From an uncultured Peptococcaceae bacterium (lineage in GTDB: Bacteria > Bacillota > Dehalobacteriia > UBA4068), in contig CAYRML010000001.1 in assembly GCA_964425485.1 (NCBI GenBank), positions 1 through 45,991 of the forward strand: a stretch of DNA of 45,991 nucleotides. The letters run 5' to 3'. Below, in pieces: positions 25,265-37,115 of this stretch. The notes under the pieces were generated by a model, which was given only the letters and a program-made list of their open reading frames with translations, ran no database searches and was not told the DNA's origin. Positions within the stretch are counted from its first letter, which is position 1, and each line of letters opens with the position of its first letter. The position numbers were made by a program, and so were the translations under genes.

Positions 25265-27235
25265 TTGGCGGAACTGAAATTATACAGCAATTATGCACCG
25301 GCCGGAGACCAGGTCAAGGCCATAGCTCAGTTGACAGAAGGCGTGAAAAAAAATCTGCGACATCAGGTGCTTTTGGGTGTTACCGGCTCCGGCAAAACCT
25401 TTACCTTGGCCAATGTTATAGAGAAGCTGCAAAAACCCACTTTGGTCATTGCTCATAATAAAACTTTAGCGGCCCAGTTATATGGGGAATTTAGGGAATT
25501 TTTTCCCGACAATGCTGTGGAATATTTTGTCAGCTATTATGATTATTATCAGCCGGAAGCCTATATTGCTTCCAGCGATACTTATATCGCTAAAGACGCG
25601 GCTATCAATGATGAGATAGAAAAACTGCGCCATTCGTCCACGGCTTCCCTGTTAGAGCGGCGTGACGTCATTATTGTGGCCAGCGTATCCGCTATTTATG
25701 GCTTAGGCGATCCCGATGATTATTTGCAATTGAGCCTTTCCTTGCGGCCTGGCATGACGGTGGAGCGGGATGATATCTTGCGCCGATTGGTAAATATGCA
25801 CTACCAGCGTAATGATATAGATTTTCAGCGTGGCTCTTTTCGTGTGCGCGGGGATTGTATAGAAGTTTTCCCTGCCGGCGCCACGGATCGGGCCGTGAGG
25901 ATAGAATTGTTTGGTGATGAGCTGGAGCGTCTCTCCGATATAGATACATTGACCGGCAAAGTGCTATGTCAGCGCAAATATGCTTATATTTTCCCTGCTA
26001 ACCACTATGTGACGCTGGATGAAAAAATGAAGAAGGCCATCACTTCCGTGCAGGAGGAATTGGGACAGCAACTGCAATTATTGCGCGACGAGGGCAAATT
26101 GCTGGAGGCTCAAAGACTGGAGCAGCGCACCAATTTTGATTTAGAGATGATGCAGGAGCTGGGGTATTGTAGCGGCATCGAGAATTATAGCCGCCATCTG
26201 ACGGGACGCCAAGCGGGAGAGCCGCCTTATACGCTGCTGGATTATTTTCCTGATGATTATCTGATCATGATCGACGAATCCCATGTAACCATACCGCAAC
26301 TGCGGGCTATGTATGAAGGTGATCGCTCCCGCAAGGACAATCTGGTTCAGTATGGGTTTCGACTGCCTTCAGCCAGGGATAATAGACCGCTTAAATTCTC
26401 GGAGTTTGAGCAAAAAAGCAATCAGCTGATCTATCTTTCCGCTACGCCCGGACCTTATGAGCTGGATCATTGCCAAAATTTGGTGGAACAGGTGGTGCGT
26501 CCCACGGGGCTTGTCGATCCGGAAGTGGAAATGCGTCCGGTCACAGGCCAAATCGACGATTTGCTGGAACAAATACGCCTGCGTACGGCCAAAAAAGAGA
26601 GGATTCTGGTCACCGCTTTGACCAAACGTATGGCCGAGGATTTGACCGCTTATTTATGTCAGGCTGGAGTGGAAGCCCGTTATATGCATTCAGAAGTCAA
26701 AACATTGGAGCGCATGGCTCTGATTCGTGACCTGCGCTTAGGTGTTTTTGATGTACTGGTGGGCATCAATTTGCTGCGTGAAGGTCTTGACTTGCCGGAG
26801 GTGACTTTGGTTGCCATCTTGGATGCTGATAAAGAGGGTTTTTTGCGTTCCGAACGCTCTTTGATCCAGACCATCGGCCGGGCGGCCCGCAATACGGAAG
26901 GCAAGGTCATTATGTATGCCGATCGCATGACCGATTCCATGGCCAAAGCCATCAAAGAAACGGAAAGAAGACGTCAGCTGCAAATGGACTATAATAAAGA
27001 GCATGGCATCGTACCCCGCACCATAGTTAAGGAAGTGCATGATGTCATTTCCACGGTTTTGCCGGATAGGGGAGCCAAGCAAACCGATCCTGCCCAAATG
27101 AGCAAGAAGGACCGCAAGCTCTTAATTCGCACTTTGGAAAAAGAAATGAGGGAAGCTGCTCGTCGTCTGGAATTTGAAGAAGCTGCGGCACTGCGGGATT
27201 TGCTTTTGGAGGCCAAGGCCGCTGAAATATCATAG
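25265..27235 (+). CDS. uvrB: Excinuclease ABC subunit B
   Basis: 656 aa, ...[14 protein letters not shown]...[10 protein letters not shown]...DESHVTIPQ... with the C-terminal UVR domain ([10 protein letters not shown]). TTG start after AAGGGGG. Confidence 0.96.
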   Translation: MAELKLYSNYAPAGDQVKAIAQLTEGVKKNLRHQVLLGVTGSGKTFTLANVIEKLQKPTLVIAHNKTLAAQLYGEFREFFPDNAVEYFVSYYDYYQPEAYIASSDTYIAKDAAINDEIEKLRHSSTASLLERRDVIIVASVSAIYGLGDPDDYLQLSLSLRPGMTVERDDILRRLVNMHYQRNDIDFQRGSFRVRGDCIEVFPAGATDRAVRIELFGDELERLSDIDTLTGKVLCQRKYAYIFPANHYVTLDEKMKKAITSVQEELGQQLQLLRDEGKLLEAQRLEQRTNFDLEMMQELGYCSGIENYSRHLTGRQAGEPPYTLLDYFPDDYLIMIDESHVTIPQLRAMYEGDRSRKDNLVQYGFRLPSARDNRPLKFSEFEQKSNQLIYLSATPGPYELDHCQNLVEQVVRPTGLVDPEVEMRPVTGQIDDLLEQIRLRTAKKERILVTALTKRMAEDLTAYLCQAGVEARYMHSEVKTLERMALIRDLRLGVFDVLVGINLLREGLDLPEVTLVAILDADKEGFLRSERSLIQTIGRAARNTEGKVIMYADRMTDSMAKAIKETERRRQLQMDYNKEHGIVPRTIVKEVHDVISTVLPDRGAKQTDPAQMSKKDRKLLIRTLEKEMREAARRLEFEEAAALRDLLLEAKAAEIS

Positions 27236-27254
27236 AACATACAGGAGTAAAAAT

Positions 27255-30110
27255 ATGCAAGATAAAATAGTAATCAGAGGAGCCAGGGAACATAACCTGA
27301 AAAATATTGATGTGGTGATACCGCGCGATAAGCTGACAGTAATAACCGGCCTCTCGGGCAGCGGTAAAAGTTCGCTGGCTTTCGATACCATATATGCCGA
27401 GGGACAGCGCCGTTATGTGGAGAGTCTTTCCTCTTATGCCAGACAATTTTTGGGGCAGATGGACAAGCCGGATGTGGATTTTATCGAAGGCTTGTCGCCG
27501 GCCATTTCCATAGATCAGAAGACCACCAGCCGCAACCCCCGTTCTACGGTGGGTACGGTTACGGAAATCTATGATTATCTGCGGCTTTTATATGCCAATA
27601 TCGGTCAGCCGCATTGCCCGCGCTGCGGTCGTCCCATCAGCCAACAGAGCATAGATCAAATGGTAGACAGTATCAAGGCTTATCCACTGGGCTCAAAATT
27701 GCAAATATTGGCCCCTTTGGCCAGAGGCAGAAAAGGCGAATATCAGAAAGTCTTTGCTGATGCCCGCAAAGAAGGCTATGTCAGGGTGCGTGTGGATGGC
27801 GAAATGTGTTTGCTGGAAGAAGAGATCAAGCTTGATAAAAAGATCAAACATAGTATTGAGCTGGTGGTGGACCGCATCATCCTCAAGGAGGACAGTAATA
27901 AAAGGCTGGCCGATTCCTTGGAGCTGGCTTTGGAGATGGGCAAAGGGCTGGTCATAGTGCTTTTGCAGCAGGATGACGGCACTGAGGAACAGCTTTTGTT
28001 CAGCCGCAATTTTGCCTGCCCCGATTGCAATATCAGTATTGAGGAGATCACACCGCGCATGTTTTCTTTCAATAATCCCTATGGAGCTTGTCCGGCCTGC
28101 AGCGGTTTAGGGTTTTCCATGGCTATCGATACCGATCTCTTGATACGCGATGCCAATCTTTCTATCAATGAAGGCGGATTGACGCATTGGAGCAATAATA
28201 GCCAAGGTTGGTTCTATCGTTTTATCGAGGCTGTGGCCAAAAAGCATGAATTCTCCTTGGATACGCCCATCAAAGATTTGCCGGACTGGGCCTTAAACGA
28301 GATATTTTATGGCTGCGGTGATGAGAAATTTAAGATAATTTATAATACTGAAGATGGGCAGAAGACCTGGTGGTTGCATGCCTGGGAGGGCCTAGCCAAC
28401 AATTATCAAAGGCGCTATAAGGAAAGCGATTCCGAATATATCAAGGCAGAGCTGGAAAAATATATGGCTGTTATTCCCTGCAAGGTCTGCGAGGGCAAAC
28501 GCCTGCGGCCGGAAAGCCTGGCCGTGACGGTGGGTGGGCTCAATATCACTCAGCTCAGCGATTTATCGGTGGTGCAGATCAAGCAATTTTTCGCCGACTT
28601 GGAGTTGACGGCCAGAGAGCAAAATATTGCCCGGCGCATCCTCAAGGAGATCAGAGAGAGATTGGATTTTCTTGTCAATGTGGGATTGGATTATCTGACC
28701 TTGTCCCGTTCCGCCTCTACTCTTTCCGGTGGCGAGGCGCAGCGTATCAGATTGGCCACTCAGATAGGATCTCATCTTATGGGGGTGCTCTATATTCTGG
28801 ATGAGCCCAGCATTGGCTTACATCAGCGTGATAATGCGCGTTTGATCGAGACACTCAAGCATTTGCGTGATTTAGGCAATACCGTGTTGGTGGTGGAGCA
28901 TGATGAAGAGACTATGGCCGCCGCCGATCATATAATTGATATTGGTCCCGGCGCCGGTGTGCATGGCGGGCGGGTCGTGGCGTCAGGTACTATTGATGAG
29001 ATCAAAAGCTGCCCAGGATCTATCACAGGCCAATATTTGTCCGGGGCCAAAGCTATTCCTTTGCCGACAGTTAGGCGCCGGCCCAATGGCAAATGGCTGA
29101 TTATCCGCGGTGCAGCAGCCAACAATCTGCAGAATATCGATGTCGAGATGCCGCTGGGGCTGTTCATATGTGTGACCGGCGTTTCCGGCAGCGGCAAAAG
29201 CAGCCTGGTCAACGATATATTGTACAAAGTGACTGCGCGCCAGCTCAATAGAGCTTATACTATACCCGGCAAATATGACAAGATAGAGGGTTTGGAGCAT
29301 CTGGAAAAGGTCATCGATATAGACCAACATCCTATTGGGCGTACTCCACGCTCCAATCCGGCTACTTATACCGGTCTTTTTGATTTAGTGCGCGAGCTTT
29401 TCGCCCAGACACCGGAAGCCAAGGCCAGGGGCTATAAGCCGGGACGATTCAGCTTCAATGTCAAAGGCGGTCGCTGCGAATCCTGTCAGGGTGACGGCAT
29501 CATCAAGATCGAGATGCACTTTTTGCCGGATGTTTATGTGGAATGCGAGGTCTGCGGTGGCAAGCGCTATAATAGAGAGACTTTATCCGTTTATTATAAA
29601 GGTAAAAACATTTCTGATGTACTGAATATGACGGTGGACGAGGCGGCGGAATTTTTCGCCAATATCCCGCGCATCATGCGCAAACTGCAAGCCCTGCAGG
29701 ATGTCGGTTTGGGCTATATTCGCCTCGGTCAACCTGCTACCACCCTCTCAGGCGGTGAGGCCCAGCGGGTAAAATTGGCAACGGAATTATCCCGCCGATC
29801 TAAGGGGCGTACTCTTTATATCTTGGATGAGCCGACTACCGGCCTGCACACAGCCGATATCGATAGGTTGCTGCAGGTTTTGCAGCGTTTGGTCGAGGCA
29901 GGGGATACAGTGCTGGTGATCGAGCATAATATGGATGTGATCAAAACAGCCGATTATATCATCGACTTAGGACCGGAAGGCGGGCGCGCCGGTGGCCGAT
30001 TAGTGGCCGTCGGCACGCCGGAAGAGGTGGCTAAAATGCCGCAAAGCTATACCGGCCAATATATCGCCAAGTTGTTGAACAAGCGGAAAGGGGCGCCCTC
30101 CGATGGCTGA
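27255..30110 (+). CDS. uvrA: Excinuclease ABC subunit A
   Basis: [20 protein letters not shown]...[23 protein letters not shown]... It has two ABC modules and zinc-finger Cys clusters. ATG at 27255 follows CAGGAG. The longer track ORF (from 27174) overlaps the uvrB 3' end. Confidence 0.96.
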   Translation: MQDKIVIRGAREHNLKNIDVVIPRDKLTVITGLSGSGKSSLAFDTIYAEGQRRYVESLSSYARQFLGQMDKPDVDFIEGLSPAISIDQKTTSRNPRSTVGTVTEIYDYLRLLYANIGQPHCPRCGRPISQQSIDQMVDSIKAYPLGSKLQILAPLARGRKGEYQKVFADARKEGYVRVRVDGEMCLLEEEIKLDKKIKHSIELVVDRIILKEDSNKRLADSLELALEMGKGLVIVLLQQDDGTEEQLLFSRNFACPDCNISIEEITPRMFSFNNPYGACPACSGLGFSMAIDTDLLIRDANLSINEGGLTHWSNNSQGWFYRFIEAVAKKHEFSLDTPIKDLPDWALNEIFYGCGDEKFKIIYNTEDGQKTWWLHAWEGLANNYQRRYKESDSEYIKAELEKYMAVIPCKVCEGKRLRPESLAVTVGGLNITQLSDLSVVQIKQFFADLELTAREQNIARRILKEIRERLDFLVNVGLDYLTLSRSASTLSGGEAQRIRLATQIGSHLMGVLYILDEPSIGLHQRDNARLIETLKHLRDLGNTVLVVEHDEETMAAADHIIDIGPGAGVHGGRVVASGTIDEIKSCPGSITGQYLSGAKAIPLPTVRRRPNGKWLIIRGAAANNLQNIDVEMPLGLFICVTGVSGSGKSSLVNDILYKVTARQLNRAYTIPGKYDKIEGLEHLEKVIDIDQHPIGRTPRSNPATYTGLFDLVRELFAQTPEAKARGYKPGRFSFNVKGGRCESCQGDGIIKIEMHFLPDVYVECEVCGGKRYNRETLSVYYKGKNISDVLNMTVDEAAEFFANIPRIMRKLQALQDVGLGYIRLGQPATTLSGGEAQRVKLATELSRRSKGRTLYILDEPTTGLHTADIDRLLQVLQRLVEAGDTVLVIEHNMDVIKTADYIIDLGPEGGRAGGRLVAVGTPEEVAKMPQSYTGQYIAKLLNKRKGAPSDG

Positions 30111-31956
30111 AAAATCGCCGCATTTGCAGCAAAAACTGCAACAATTGCCCGATAAGCCCGGTGTTTATCTGATGAAAGATGCCGAGGGAGAGATCATCTA
30201 TGTCGGCAAGGCTCAGTCTCTGAAAAATCGCGTACGCTCCTATTTTCAAAATCCGGCTGGCCTTGATGCCAAAACAGCCGCGCTAGCAGCCAAAATTGCT
30301 GATCTGGAAACTGTGATTGTGGGCAGCGCCAGAGATGCTTTGATCCTGGAGAGCCAGCTGATAAAAGAGCATCGCCCTCATTATAATGTACGTTTGCGCG
30401 ATGACAAGCATTATCCTTATTTGCAACTGACGCTGACGGAGGATTTTCCCCGCCTATTAATAGCCAGAAGAGCAAAAAATGATGGCAATCGTTATTTTGG
30501 TCCCTATATCAACAGTACGGCCATGCGGCAGGCGGTAAAAGTGATCAGCGAGATTTTTCCGCTGCGCTCCTGTAAGACTATGCATAAAGGGCAAAGGGCC
30601 TGCCTCAATGCTCATATCGGTCGCTGTTTGGCCCCCTGCGAGGGCAAAATCGGTCAAATGGAATATGCCGGCTTAGTACAACAGGTGATCTTGTTTTTGC
30701 AGGGTAAGACCAAAGAACTGTGCCAGCAGAAAAGAAAAGCCATGGACGAAGCCAGTCAAATGCTGGATTTTGAGGCGGCGGCGCATTATCGTGATCAGTT
30801 GCTTGCTTTACAGGAAGTGCAGAAGCAGCAGCATCTTGATCGCAGCGCAGCCGGCGGTAACTATGATGCTGTGGCGGTGGTCAGCAAAAAGGATCAGGCA
30901 GTAGCTCAGGTCTTTTTTGTGCGGCAGGGTCAATTGGTGGGCAAGGAGCATTTCTTTTTACTCAATGCCGATATGGTGTCGGAGGCAGCTCTGATGAGCC
31001 GCTTTGTCCAGGAATATTATGGCGAAGGGGAAAACAGCCTGCCTCTTATCTGTTTCAACCATCTGCCGGAAGACAATGAGTTGCTGCAACAGATCTTTAG
31101 CGAAAAAAGCAAGCGCAAAATCAGCTTTATGCGGCCGCAAAGAGGCGATAAAAGAAGTATGGTGCAACTGGCGGAAAAAAACGCATATTTGGTTCTCGAC
31201 CAATATCTGCAAGCAAAAGAGCGGCAAGCGGATATAAACGCTGTGGCTGTTGAGGATTTGCGCCAGGCTTTGGGCCTGAGCAAAAGTCCGCTGCGGATGG
31301 AATGTTATGATATCAGCCATCTTTCTGGTACCAATATGGTGGGCTCCATGGTAGTTTTTATTAATGGCGCGCCTAGCCCGCAGCATTATCGCCGCTTTCG
31401 CATCAAAGAGGTGGAGGGCAATAATGACTTTGCCTGCTTGAGGGAAGTCTTGTCCCGCCGCTGGCAACGAGGTTTGAGGGAAAGAGCGGAAGGTAAAGAG
31501 CCTTTGGATTTTGGTATTTTCCCTGATCTACTCATCATCGATGGCGGAAAAGGGCAGCTTTCTTCTGTATGTCAGGAATTAGCCGATATCGGCATAGTTG
31601 ATATCAATATCATTTCTTTGGCCAAGGAAAATGAGGAAATATTCCTACCGGGACAAAAAGAACCATTGCTTTTGCCCAAGGACAGTCCCGCTCTACAGCT
31701 TTTGCAGCGTATACGTGATGAGGCCCATCGTTTTGCCGTCAGCTATCACAGGCAGCTGCGCGGCAAATCGCAGATCGCCTCACAGTTGGCCGGCATCAAT
31801 GGCATCGGCCCTAAGAGACAGCAAAATCTGTTGCAGGCTTTTGGTTCCGTAGAGCGCATCAAAAAAGCCTCGATCCAGCAATTGGCCGCCGTGCCGGGCA
31901 TGAACAAGAAGATGGCGCAGCTCTTGTGGCGATATTTACACCCGGATAATGAATAG
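30103..31956 (+). CDS. uvrC: Excinuclease ABC subunit C
   Basis: 617 aa with a GIY-YIG domain ([19 protein letters not shown]), a UVR domain and C-terminal HhH motifs. ATGGCTGA overlap with uvrA. Confidence 0.95.
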   Translation: MAEKSPHLQQKLQQLPDKPGVYLMKDAEGEIIYVGKAQSLKNRVRSYFQNPAGLDAKTAALAAKIADLETVIVGSARDALILESQLIKEHRPHYNVRLRDDKHYPYLQLTLTEDFPRLLIARRAKNDGNRYFGPYINSTAMRQAVKVISEIFPLRSCKTMHKGQRACLNAHIGRCLAPCEGKIGQMEYAGLVQQVILFLQGKTKELCQQKRKAMDEASQMLDFEAAAHYRDQLLALQEVQKQQHLDRSAAGGNYDAVAVVSKKDQAVAQVFFVRQGQLVGKEHFFLLNADMVSEAALMSRFVQEYYGEGENSLPLICFNHLPEDNELLQQIFSEKSKRKISFMRPQRGDKRSMVQLAEKNAYLVLDQYLQAKERQADINAVAVEDLRQALGLSKSPLRMECYDISHLSGTNMVGSMVVFINGAPSPQHYRRFRIKEVEGNNDFACLREVLSRRWQRGLRERAEGKEPLDFGIFPDLLIIDGGKGQLSSVCQELADIGIVDINIISLAKENEEIFLPGQKEPLLLPKDSPALQLLQRIRDEAHRFAVSYHRQLRGKSQIASQLAGINGIGPKRQQNLLQAFGSVERIKKASIQQLAAVPGMNKKMAQLLWRYLHPDNE

Positions 31957-31964
31957 TGTATAAT
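31936..31964 (+). promoter_or_regulatory. Candidate internal promoter for HAD-rapZ-whiA
   Basis: -35 TTACAC (31936-31941), 17-nt spacer, consensus -10 TATAAT (31959-31964). It lies within the uvrC 3' end and the intergenic gap. Confidence 0.45.
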
Positions 31965-31980
31965 AGTTGGGGAGAAAATC

Positions 31981-32775
31981 ATGATAAAATTGCTTGCTAT
32001 GGACTTGGACGGCACGCTCATGGAAAGCGGCACAGAGGTTTCGCCGCGCAATCGGGCTGCTTTGGCTGCGGCGCGAAATAAGGGTGTGGCAGTCACTATT
32101 TGTACCGGACGCATGTTTCGCTCTGCCCAACAGGTGGCGGCTAAGCTAGATTTGGATATACCAATCATTACCTATAACGGGGCTTATATAAAAATGGCAG
32201 TCCGGCAGCAAGTGCTTTTGGATATGGGGTTGGATAAAATTATTGCCCGCGATATCGTGGCCAGGGCGCAGTCCCAGGATTTGCAGCCGCTGGTTTTTAT
32301 CGATGATAAAGTCATGGCGGCCTATATAAATATGAAGGCGGCTGATTACGGCTTATCTGCCGGCGTGCCCGTGCGTGGGGTAGTGGATTTGCCCGCACAT
32401 ATAAGCTCCGATGTCAATAAAATACTTTTAATAGGAGATCCTGCTGTTTTAAAGGATTTTTGGCGGGAAAGTGAATGTCTTTACCGTGACAAAGTCCATA
32501 TTGTACAATCAAAATCACATTATCTGGATTTTATCAATCCAGAGGCCAATAAGGGAAGAGCGCTGTCCTTTCTGGCCGAGGGCCTGGATATTGCCAAAGA
32601 ACAGATCATGGCTATCGGCGACAGCTATAATGATATCGGCCTTTTCCAGGCAGCTGGTTTGCGAATTGCTATGGGCAATGCAGTAGAGGAGCTGAAGCGG
32701 CAAGCGGATTATATTACCGCTGATTGCAAGGATGATGGTTTGGCGCTGGCGGTAGAAAAATTTGTTTTAGAATAA
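31981..32775 (+). CDS. Cof-type HAD-IIB family phosphatase
   Basis: 264 aa with HAD motif I (LLAMDLDGTL), a cap domain, and motifs III/IV (NKGRAL...AIGDSYNDIGLF). Confidence 0.85.
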   Translation: MIKLLAMDLDGTLMESGTEVSPRNRAALAAARNKGVAVTICTGRMFRSAQQVAAKLDLDIPIITYNGAYIKMAVRQQVLLDMGLDKIIARDIVARAQSQDLQPLVFIDDKVMAAYINMKAADYGLSAGVPVRGVVDLPAHISSDVNKILLIGDPAVLKDFWRESECLYRDKVHIVQSKSHYLDFINPEANKGRALSFLAEGLDIAKEQIMAIGDSYNDIGLFQAAGLRIAMGNAVEELKRQADYITADCKDDGLALAVEKFVLE

Positions 32776-32788
32776 AAGGGAGTCCAGA

Positions 32789-33697
32789 ATGGAAAAAGAC
32801 GATCGAAAAATCAAAATAATCATCATCACCGGCATGAGTGGCGCGGGGAAATCGCAGGTAGTCAATGCCTTGGAGGACATAGGTTATTTCTGTGTGGATA
32901 ATCTGCCGCCTAATCTTTTCCTCAAATTTGTGGAGGGCGTATTGCTGTCTCATGGGGCTATTTCCCGCGTGGCTTTAGTTATGGATATTCGCGGCGGTAA
33001 ATTTCTGGAGCAAAGCGACGAAGTTCTGGAAGGCATGAAGGAAGCCAAGATAAAAGAATTGGTAGATTTCCAATTGATCTTTTTAGATGCCGCCGACGAA
33101 GTTTTGGTGCGCCGTTTTAAAGAGACACGGCGCAAGCATCCTTTGGCCAGTGTGGACGATACCATAGTCGAAAGCATTCGGGAAGAGAGAAAAAGGCTGG
33201 AGACGCTCAAAGGTCTGGCCGATATGGTGATCGACACCAGCACTCTGACCGCCAGGGCTTTGGGCAGCCAGATTACGGAACTTTTTGCCGAAGATCAGCA
33301 GGAAGCCATGAGCATAGCTATTTTGACTTTTGGCTACAAATATGGTTTGCCTATAGATGTGGATTTAGTGATGGACGTGCGCTTTCTGCCCAATCCGCAT
33401 TATGTGCCGGAATTAAAGCCGCTCACGGGGCGGGATAAGCCGGTCTACAATTTTGTTATGGGCTATGATGTTACGAAAAAATTTATCCGTCGTTATGTGT
33501 CTTTGCTGCACTTTTTATTGCCCAATTATAAAAATGAGGGCAAAAGGCATCTGACCATCGCCATTGGCTGCACGGGTGGACGCCATCGTTCCGTGGCCAT
33601 TGGTGAGGTTTTGGCCAAAAGATTGTCGGCCGGCGGTTATAAGCCTTCTTTGAGTCATCGCGATATCAGAAAGGCTGATATAAAAGAAGAAAGCTGA
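32789..33697 (+). CDS. rapZ: RNase adapter protein RapZ (YvcJ family P-loop protein)
   Basis: 302 aa, IIITGMSGAGKSQVVNALEDIGYFCVDNLP...DVRFLPNPHY...IGCTGGRHRSVA. Confidence 0.92.
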   Translation: MEKDDRKIKIIIITGMSGAGKSQVVNALEDIGYFCVDNLPPNLFLKFVEGVLLSHGAISRVALVMDIRGGKFLEQSDEVLEGMKEAKIKELVDFQLIFLDAADEVLVRRFKETRRKHPLASVDDTIVESIREERKRLETLKGLADMVIDTSTLTARALGSQITELFAEDQQEAMSIAILTFGYKYGLPIDVDLVMDVRFLPNPHYVPELKPLTGRDKPVYNFVMGYDVTKKFIRRYVSLLHFLLPNYKNEGKRHLTIAIGCTGGRHRSVAIGEVLAKRLSAGGYKPSLSHRDIRKADIKEES

Positions 33698-33717
33698 GGC
33701 AAAAACGGAGGTTTATC

Positions 33718-34686
33718 ATGTCTTTTGCTACATCCGTCAAGGATGATTTGTCGCGGGTGATTTCCCAAAAACGTTGTTGCAGGCAGGCGGAACTGGCTGC
33801 TTGTTTGCGTTGGGCCGGTAATATAAATATCGGTCCTGCCCAGTCCTTGTCCCTCACATTAAGTACACAGCATGCCGGTGCGGCCCGCAAAATTTTCACC
33901 TTATGCAAAGATCTATTCAATCTGAAGGTGGAAATGATGGTCTATCGCAAAAACAGCCTCAAAAGAAATCAGGTTTATTCCATCCATATTCTGCCTCAAA
34001 AAGGTGTCTATAAGCTGCTGGAATTATTGGGAGCCATGGATAAAAACGATATCTGGCGTCTGGATTTTCCCGGCCCGCCGGATCTGCGGACTATCAAGAA
34101 GAACTGCTGCCAAAGGGCCTATCTGCGTGGAGCTTTTTTGGTTGCCGGTTCAATCAATGATCCGGGGGGAGAATATCATCTGGAAATCATCTGCAATGAC
34201 CAGCAGCAGGCATCGCTTTTGCAGGAGCTGATGTTTCAATTTGCTATCAAAGGCAAGATCACACGTAGGAAGCAGCAGTATATTATATATCTCAAAGAAA
34301 GCGATCAAATTATAGACTTGTTAAATGTTATGGGCTCTCACCGGTCTTTGTTGGAGTTCGAAAATACACGTATTGTTAAAGGCATGCGCAATCAAGTCAA
34401 TCGTGTTGTCAATTGCGAAACGGCTAATTTGAATAAAACCATAGACGCAGGCCTGCGTCAAGCAGAAGATATTCAGCTGATAGCCGACAAAATAGGTTTG
34501 GAAAAATTACCGCATCAGTTGCGGGAAGTAGCGCAATTGCGTTTATCCTATCCAGAAAAATCTTTGACGGAACTGGCGGAGTTTATCCGCCTTGGTCGTT
34601 CCGGCATCAATCACCGCCTGCGCCGTTTGTCGGAAATAGCAGACAATATAAGGGATTTTGGTGCGGAAAACTGGCACAAAAAGTAA
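33718..34686 (+). CDS. whiA: DNA-binding protein WhiA
   Basis: 322 aa, MSFATSVKDDLSRV...CCRQAELAA...AYLRGAFLVAGSINDP...C-terminal HTH (SLTELAEFIRLGRSGINHRLRRL). Confidence 0.93.
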   Translation: MSFATSVKDDLSRVISQKRCCRQAELAACLRWAGNINIGPAQSLSLTLSTQHAGAARKIFTLCKDLFNLKVEMMVYRKNSLKRNQVYSIHILPQKGVYKLLELLGAMDKNDIWRLDFPGPPDLRTIKKNCCQRAYLRGAFLVAGSINDPGGEYHLEIICNDQQQASLLQELMFQFAIKGKITRRKQQYIIYLKESDQIIDLLNVMGSHRSLLEFENTRIVKGMRNQVNRVVNCETANLNKTIDAGLRQAEDIQLIADKIGLEKLPHQLREVAQLRLSYPEKSLTELAEFIRLGRSGINHRLRRLSEIADNIRDFGAENWHKK

Positions 34687-34870
34687 CTGTTTATGCTTCA
34701 TTTTTATTTCTTCGCCTGTATTATAAAATATTTGCTATTATTCTCTTTATAATTAAGAGGATTTGGCTTTTTTTTAGCGAAAGTCTAAATCGGGTTCGGG
34801 GTTTTTTAGCCATATACATAATGTATTTTTAACAAAGCGTAGAGGAAGAAAATATAAAAGGAGAATGCAA

Positions 34871-35875
34871 ATGTCAGTAAAAATAGCCATCAACGGTTTT
34901 GGACGTGTGGGACGTTTGGTTTTCAGAGCCGCTTGGGAAAATCCTGATATCGAAATCGTGGCCATCAATGGCCGCTCTGGCGTGGTGCCTTATGCACATC
35001 TGTTGAAATATGATTCTGTTCATGGTACCTGGCCGCATGAAGTTACTCATGATGATGAACGCATCTATGTGGATGGTACCTCTCTTTTATGCCTTAACAA
35101 ATTGGATCCTAGTGAATTGCCTTGGCGGGATTTGGGCATCGATATTGTCATCGAAGCCTCCGGTAAATTCAATGATGCTACCAAAGCCGTAGCGCATATT
35201 GATGCCGGAGCCAAAAAAGTTATTCTTACCGCACCTGGTAAAAACGAAGATATCACCATCGTTATGGGGATCAATCAGGATCAATATGATCCGCAAAAAC
35301 ATCATATAATTTCTAATGCCTCCTGCACCACCAATGGTTTGGCCCCGGTGGTCAAGGTGTTAAACGAGGCTTTTGGTGTGGAAAAAGGCATTATGACTAC
35401 TATCCATGCTTATACCAATGATCAGAAGATCATTGATAATGCCCATAAAGATTTACGTCGCTCCAGAGCCGCCAGTATGTCTATGATACCGACTACAACC
35501 GGTGCGGCTCGGGCCATTGCTTTGGTTATGCCGGAAATGAAAGGTAAGCTCAACGGCTTTGCTGTACGTGTGCCTACCGCCAATGTCTCTATGGTCGATT
35601 TAACTGTGGAGTTGTCTAAAGCGGCTACTGCTGAAGAAATAAATGCGGCTTTGAAAGAGGCTTCCGAAGGAGCTTTTAAAGGACTTCTGGGCTATTGTGA
35701 TTTGCCACTGGTATCCATTGATTTTAATGGGGATTCTCATTCCTCGACCGTGGATGCGCTTTCCACCATCGTGGTTGGCGATAATATGGCCAAAGTCATT
35801 GCTTGGTATGACAATGAATGGGGTTATAGCAGCCGTGTTGTTGATCTATTATGCTTTGTAGCATCTAAATTATAG
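34871..35875 (+). CDS. gap: Glyceraldehyde-3-phosphate dehydrogenase
   Basis: MSVKIAINGFGRVGRLVFR...SNASCTTNGLAP (active-site Cys)...WYDNEWGYS. The ATG at 34871 is 8 nt after AAGGAG. The track's ATG at 34865 is too close to the SD. Confidence 0.95.
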   Translation: MSVKIAINGFGRVGRLVFRAAWENPDIEIVAINGRSGVVPYAHLLKYDSVHGTWPHEVTHDDERIYVDGTSLLCLNKLDPSELPWRDLGIDIVIEASGKFNDATKAVAHIDAGAKKVILTAPGKNEDITIVMGINQDQYDPQKHHIISNASCTTNGLAPVVKVLNEAFGVEKGIMTTIHAYTNDQKIIDNAHKDLRRSRAASMSMIPTTTGAARAIALVMPEMKGKLNGFAVRVPTANVSMVDLTVELSKAATAEEINAALKEASEGAFKGLLGYCDLPLVSIDFNGDSHSSTVDALSTIVVGDNMAKVIAWYDNEWGYSSRVVDLLCFVASKL

Positions 35876-35896
35876 GCTTGGGAAAGGGGCAGCAAA

Positions 35897-37087
35897 ATGT
35901 CGGAGTATTGGGAGAAGAAAAGTCTGCGCGATATAGATGTTAGCGGCAAAAAAGTTATCCTTCGCGTGGACTATAATGTGCCGCTGGATGAAAACAGAAA
36001 TATTACCAATGACAATCGGATCCAGGAATCTTTACCTTCCATCAATTATTTGCAGCAGCATGGAGCAAAAATCATCATCCTTTCGCATCTTGGCCGGCCC
36101 AAAGGAAAAATTAATCCGGCCTTCAGCCTCCAACCTGTGGCGAAGTATCTGCAAAAATTATTACCGCAAAAAGTGTATTTTGCTCCTGATTGTATTGGTT
36201 GCGAAGCCCAAAAAATAGTTTCTTCCATGCAACCTGGCGAGGTATTACTTTTGGAAAATACCCGTTTTTACCCCAATGATGAAAAAAATGATACAAAATT
36301 TGCTAAAAAATTATCCTCTTTAGGTGAGGTCTTTGTCAACGACGCTTTTGGCGCAGCACATCGCGACCATGCTTCTTTATCCACCATCGCAACATTTTTA
36401 CCTGCCGTCAGCGGGCTTTTGATGGAAACTGAACTTTCGCGCCTGGGAAAAGCCTTATCTTCTCCCAGGCATCCTTTTGTGGCTATTATCGGCGGGGCCA
36501 AAGTTGCCGATAAGATCGGTGTGATTGAAAGTTTATTGCAAAAAGTGGATAAATTATTGATAGGCGGCGGTATGGCATATACTTTTTTAGCGGCAGAAGG
36601 CTATCATATCCAAAACTCCATAGTGGATGAATCCAAGCTGAATTGGGTTTATAATTTGATGCAGACACCACTGGCGCAAAAAATAATTTTGCCCATAGAT
36701 TTGGTGGCGGCTGAGGAAATGGCTCCCGGTGCGGTTCATAAAGTCGTGGCGATCGATGCCATTCCTAAAGGCTGGCAAGGTTTGGATATCGGACCTGAGA
36801 CCAGCCAGGTTTTTACCGATATCATCAAAGATGCCAAGACTATTATCTGGAATGGGCCACTCGGTGTATTTGAAATTGAGGAGTTTGCAGCCGGCACATT
36901 GGCTATAGCCAATGCCATTGCTGAAGCGGATGCCTACAGCGTGGTGGGTGGTGGTGATTCTGTGGCTGCTCTCTATAAGGCAGGGGTGCAGGATAAAATA
37001 GATCACATATCTACGGGCGGTGGAGCTTCCCTCAAATTTTTGGAAGGGAAAAAGCTGCCTGCCGTAGTTGCTTTGGATGATAAATAG
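35897..37087 (+). CDS. pgk: Phosphoglycerate kinase
   Basis: 396 aa, RVDYNVPLD...NDAFGAAHR...GGGDS...STGGGASLKFLEGK. Confidence 0.96.
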   Translation: MSEYWEKKSLRDIDVSGKKVILRVDYNVPLDENRNITNDNRIQESLPSINYLQQHGAKIIILSHLGRPKGKINPAFSLQPVAKYLQKLLPQKVYFAPDCIGCEAQKIVSSMQPGEVLLLENTRFYPNDEKNDTKFAKKLSSLGEVFVNDAFGAAHRDHASLSTIATFLPAVSGLLMETELSRLGKALSSPRHPFVAIIGGAKVADKIGVIESLLQKVDKLLIGGGMAYTFLAAEGYHIQNSIVDESKLNWVYNLMQTPLAQKIILPIDLVAAEEMAPGAVHKVVAIDAIPKGWQGLDIGPETSQVFTDIIKDAKTIIWNGPLGVFEIEEFAAGTLAIANAIAEADAYSVVGGGDSVAALYKAGVQDKIDHISTGGGASLKFLEGKKLPAVVALDDK

Positions 37088-37115
37088 TTCGGAAAAAATA
37101 TTGGAGGTGTTTTCG

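Noticed and set aside
34687-34864. Expected cggR-type regulator gene, terminator or clear promoter between whiA and gap
   Set aside because: The 180-nt AT-rich gap has no ORF with an SD, no convincing stem-loop, and no -35/-10 pair with proper spacing. It is left unannotated.
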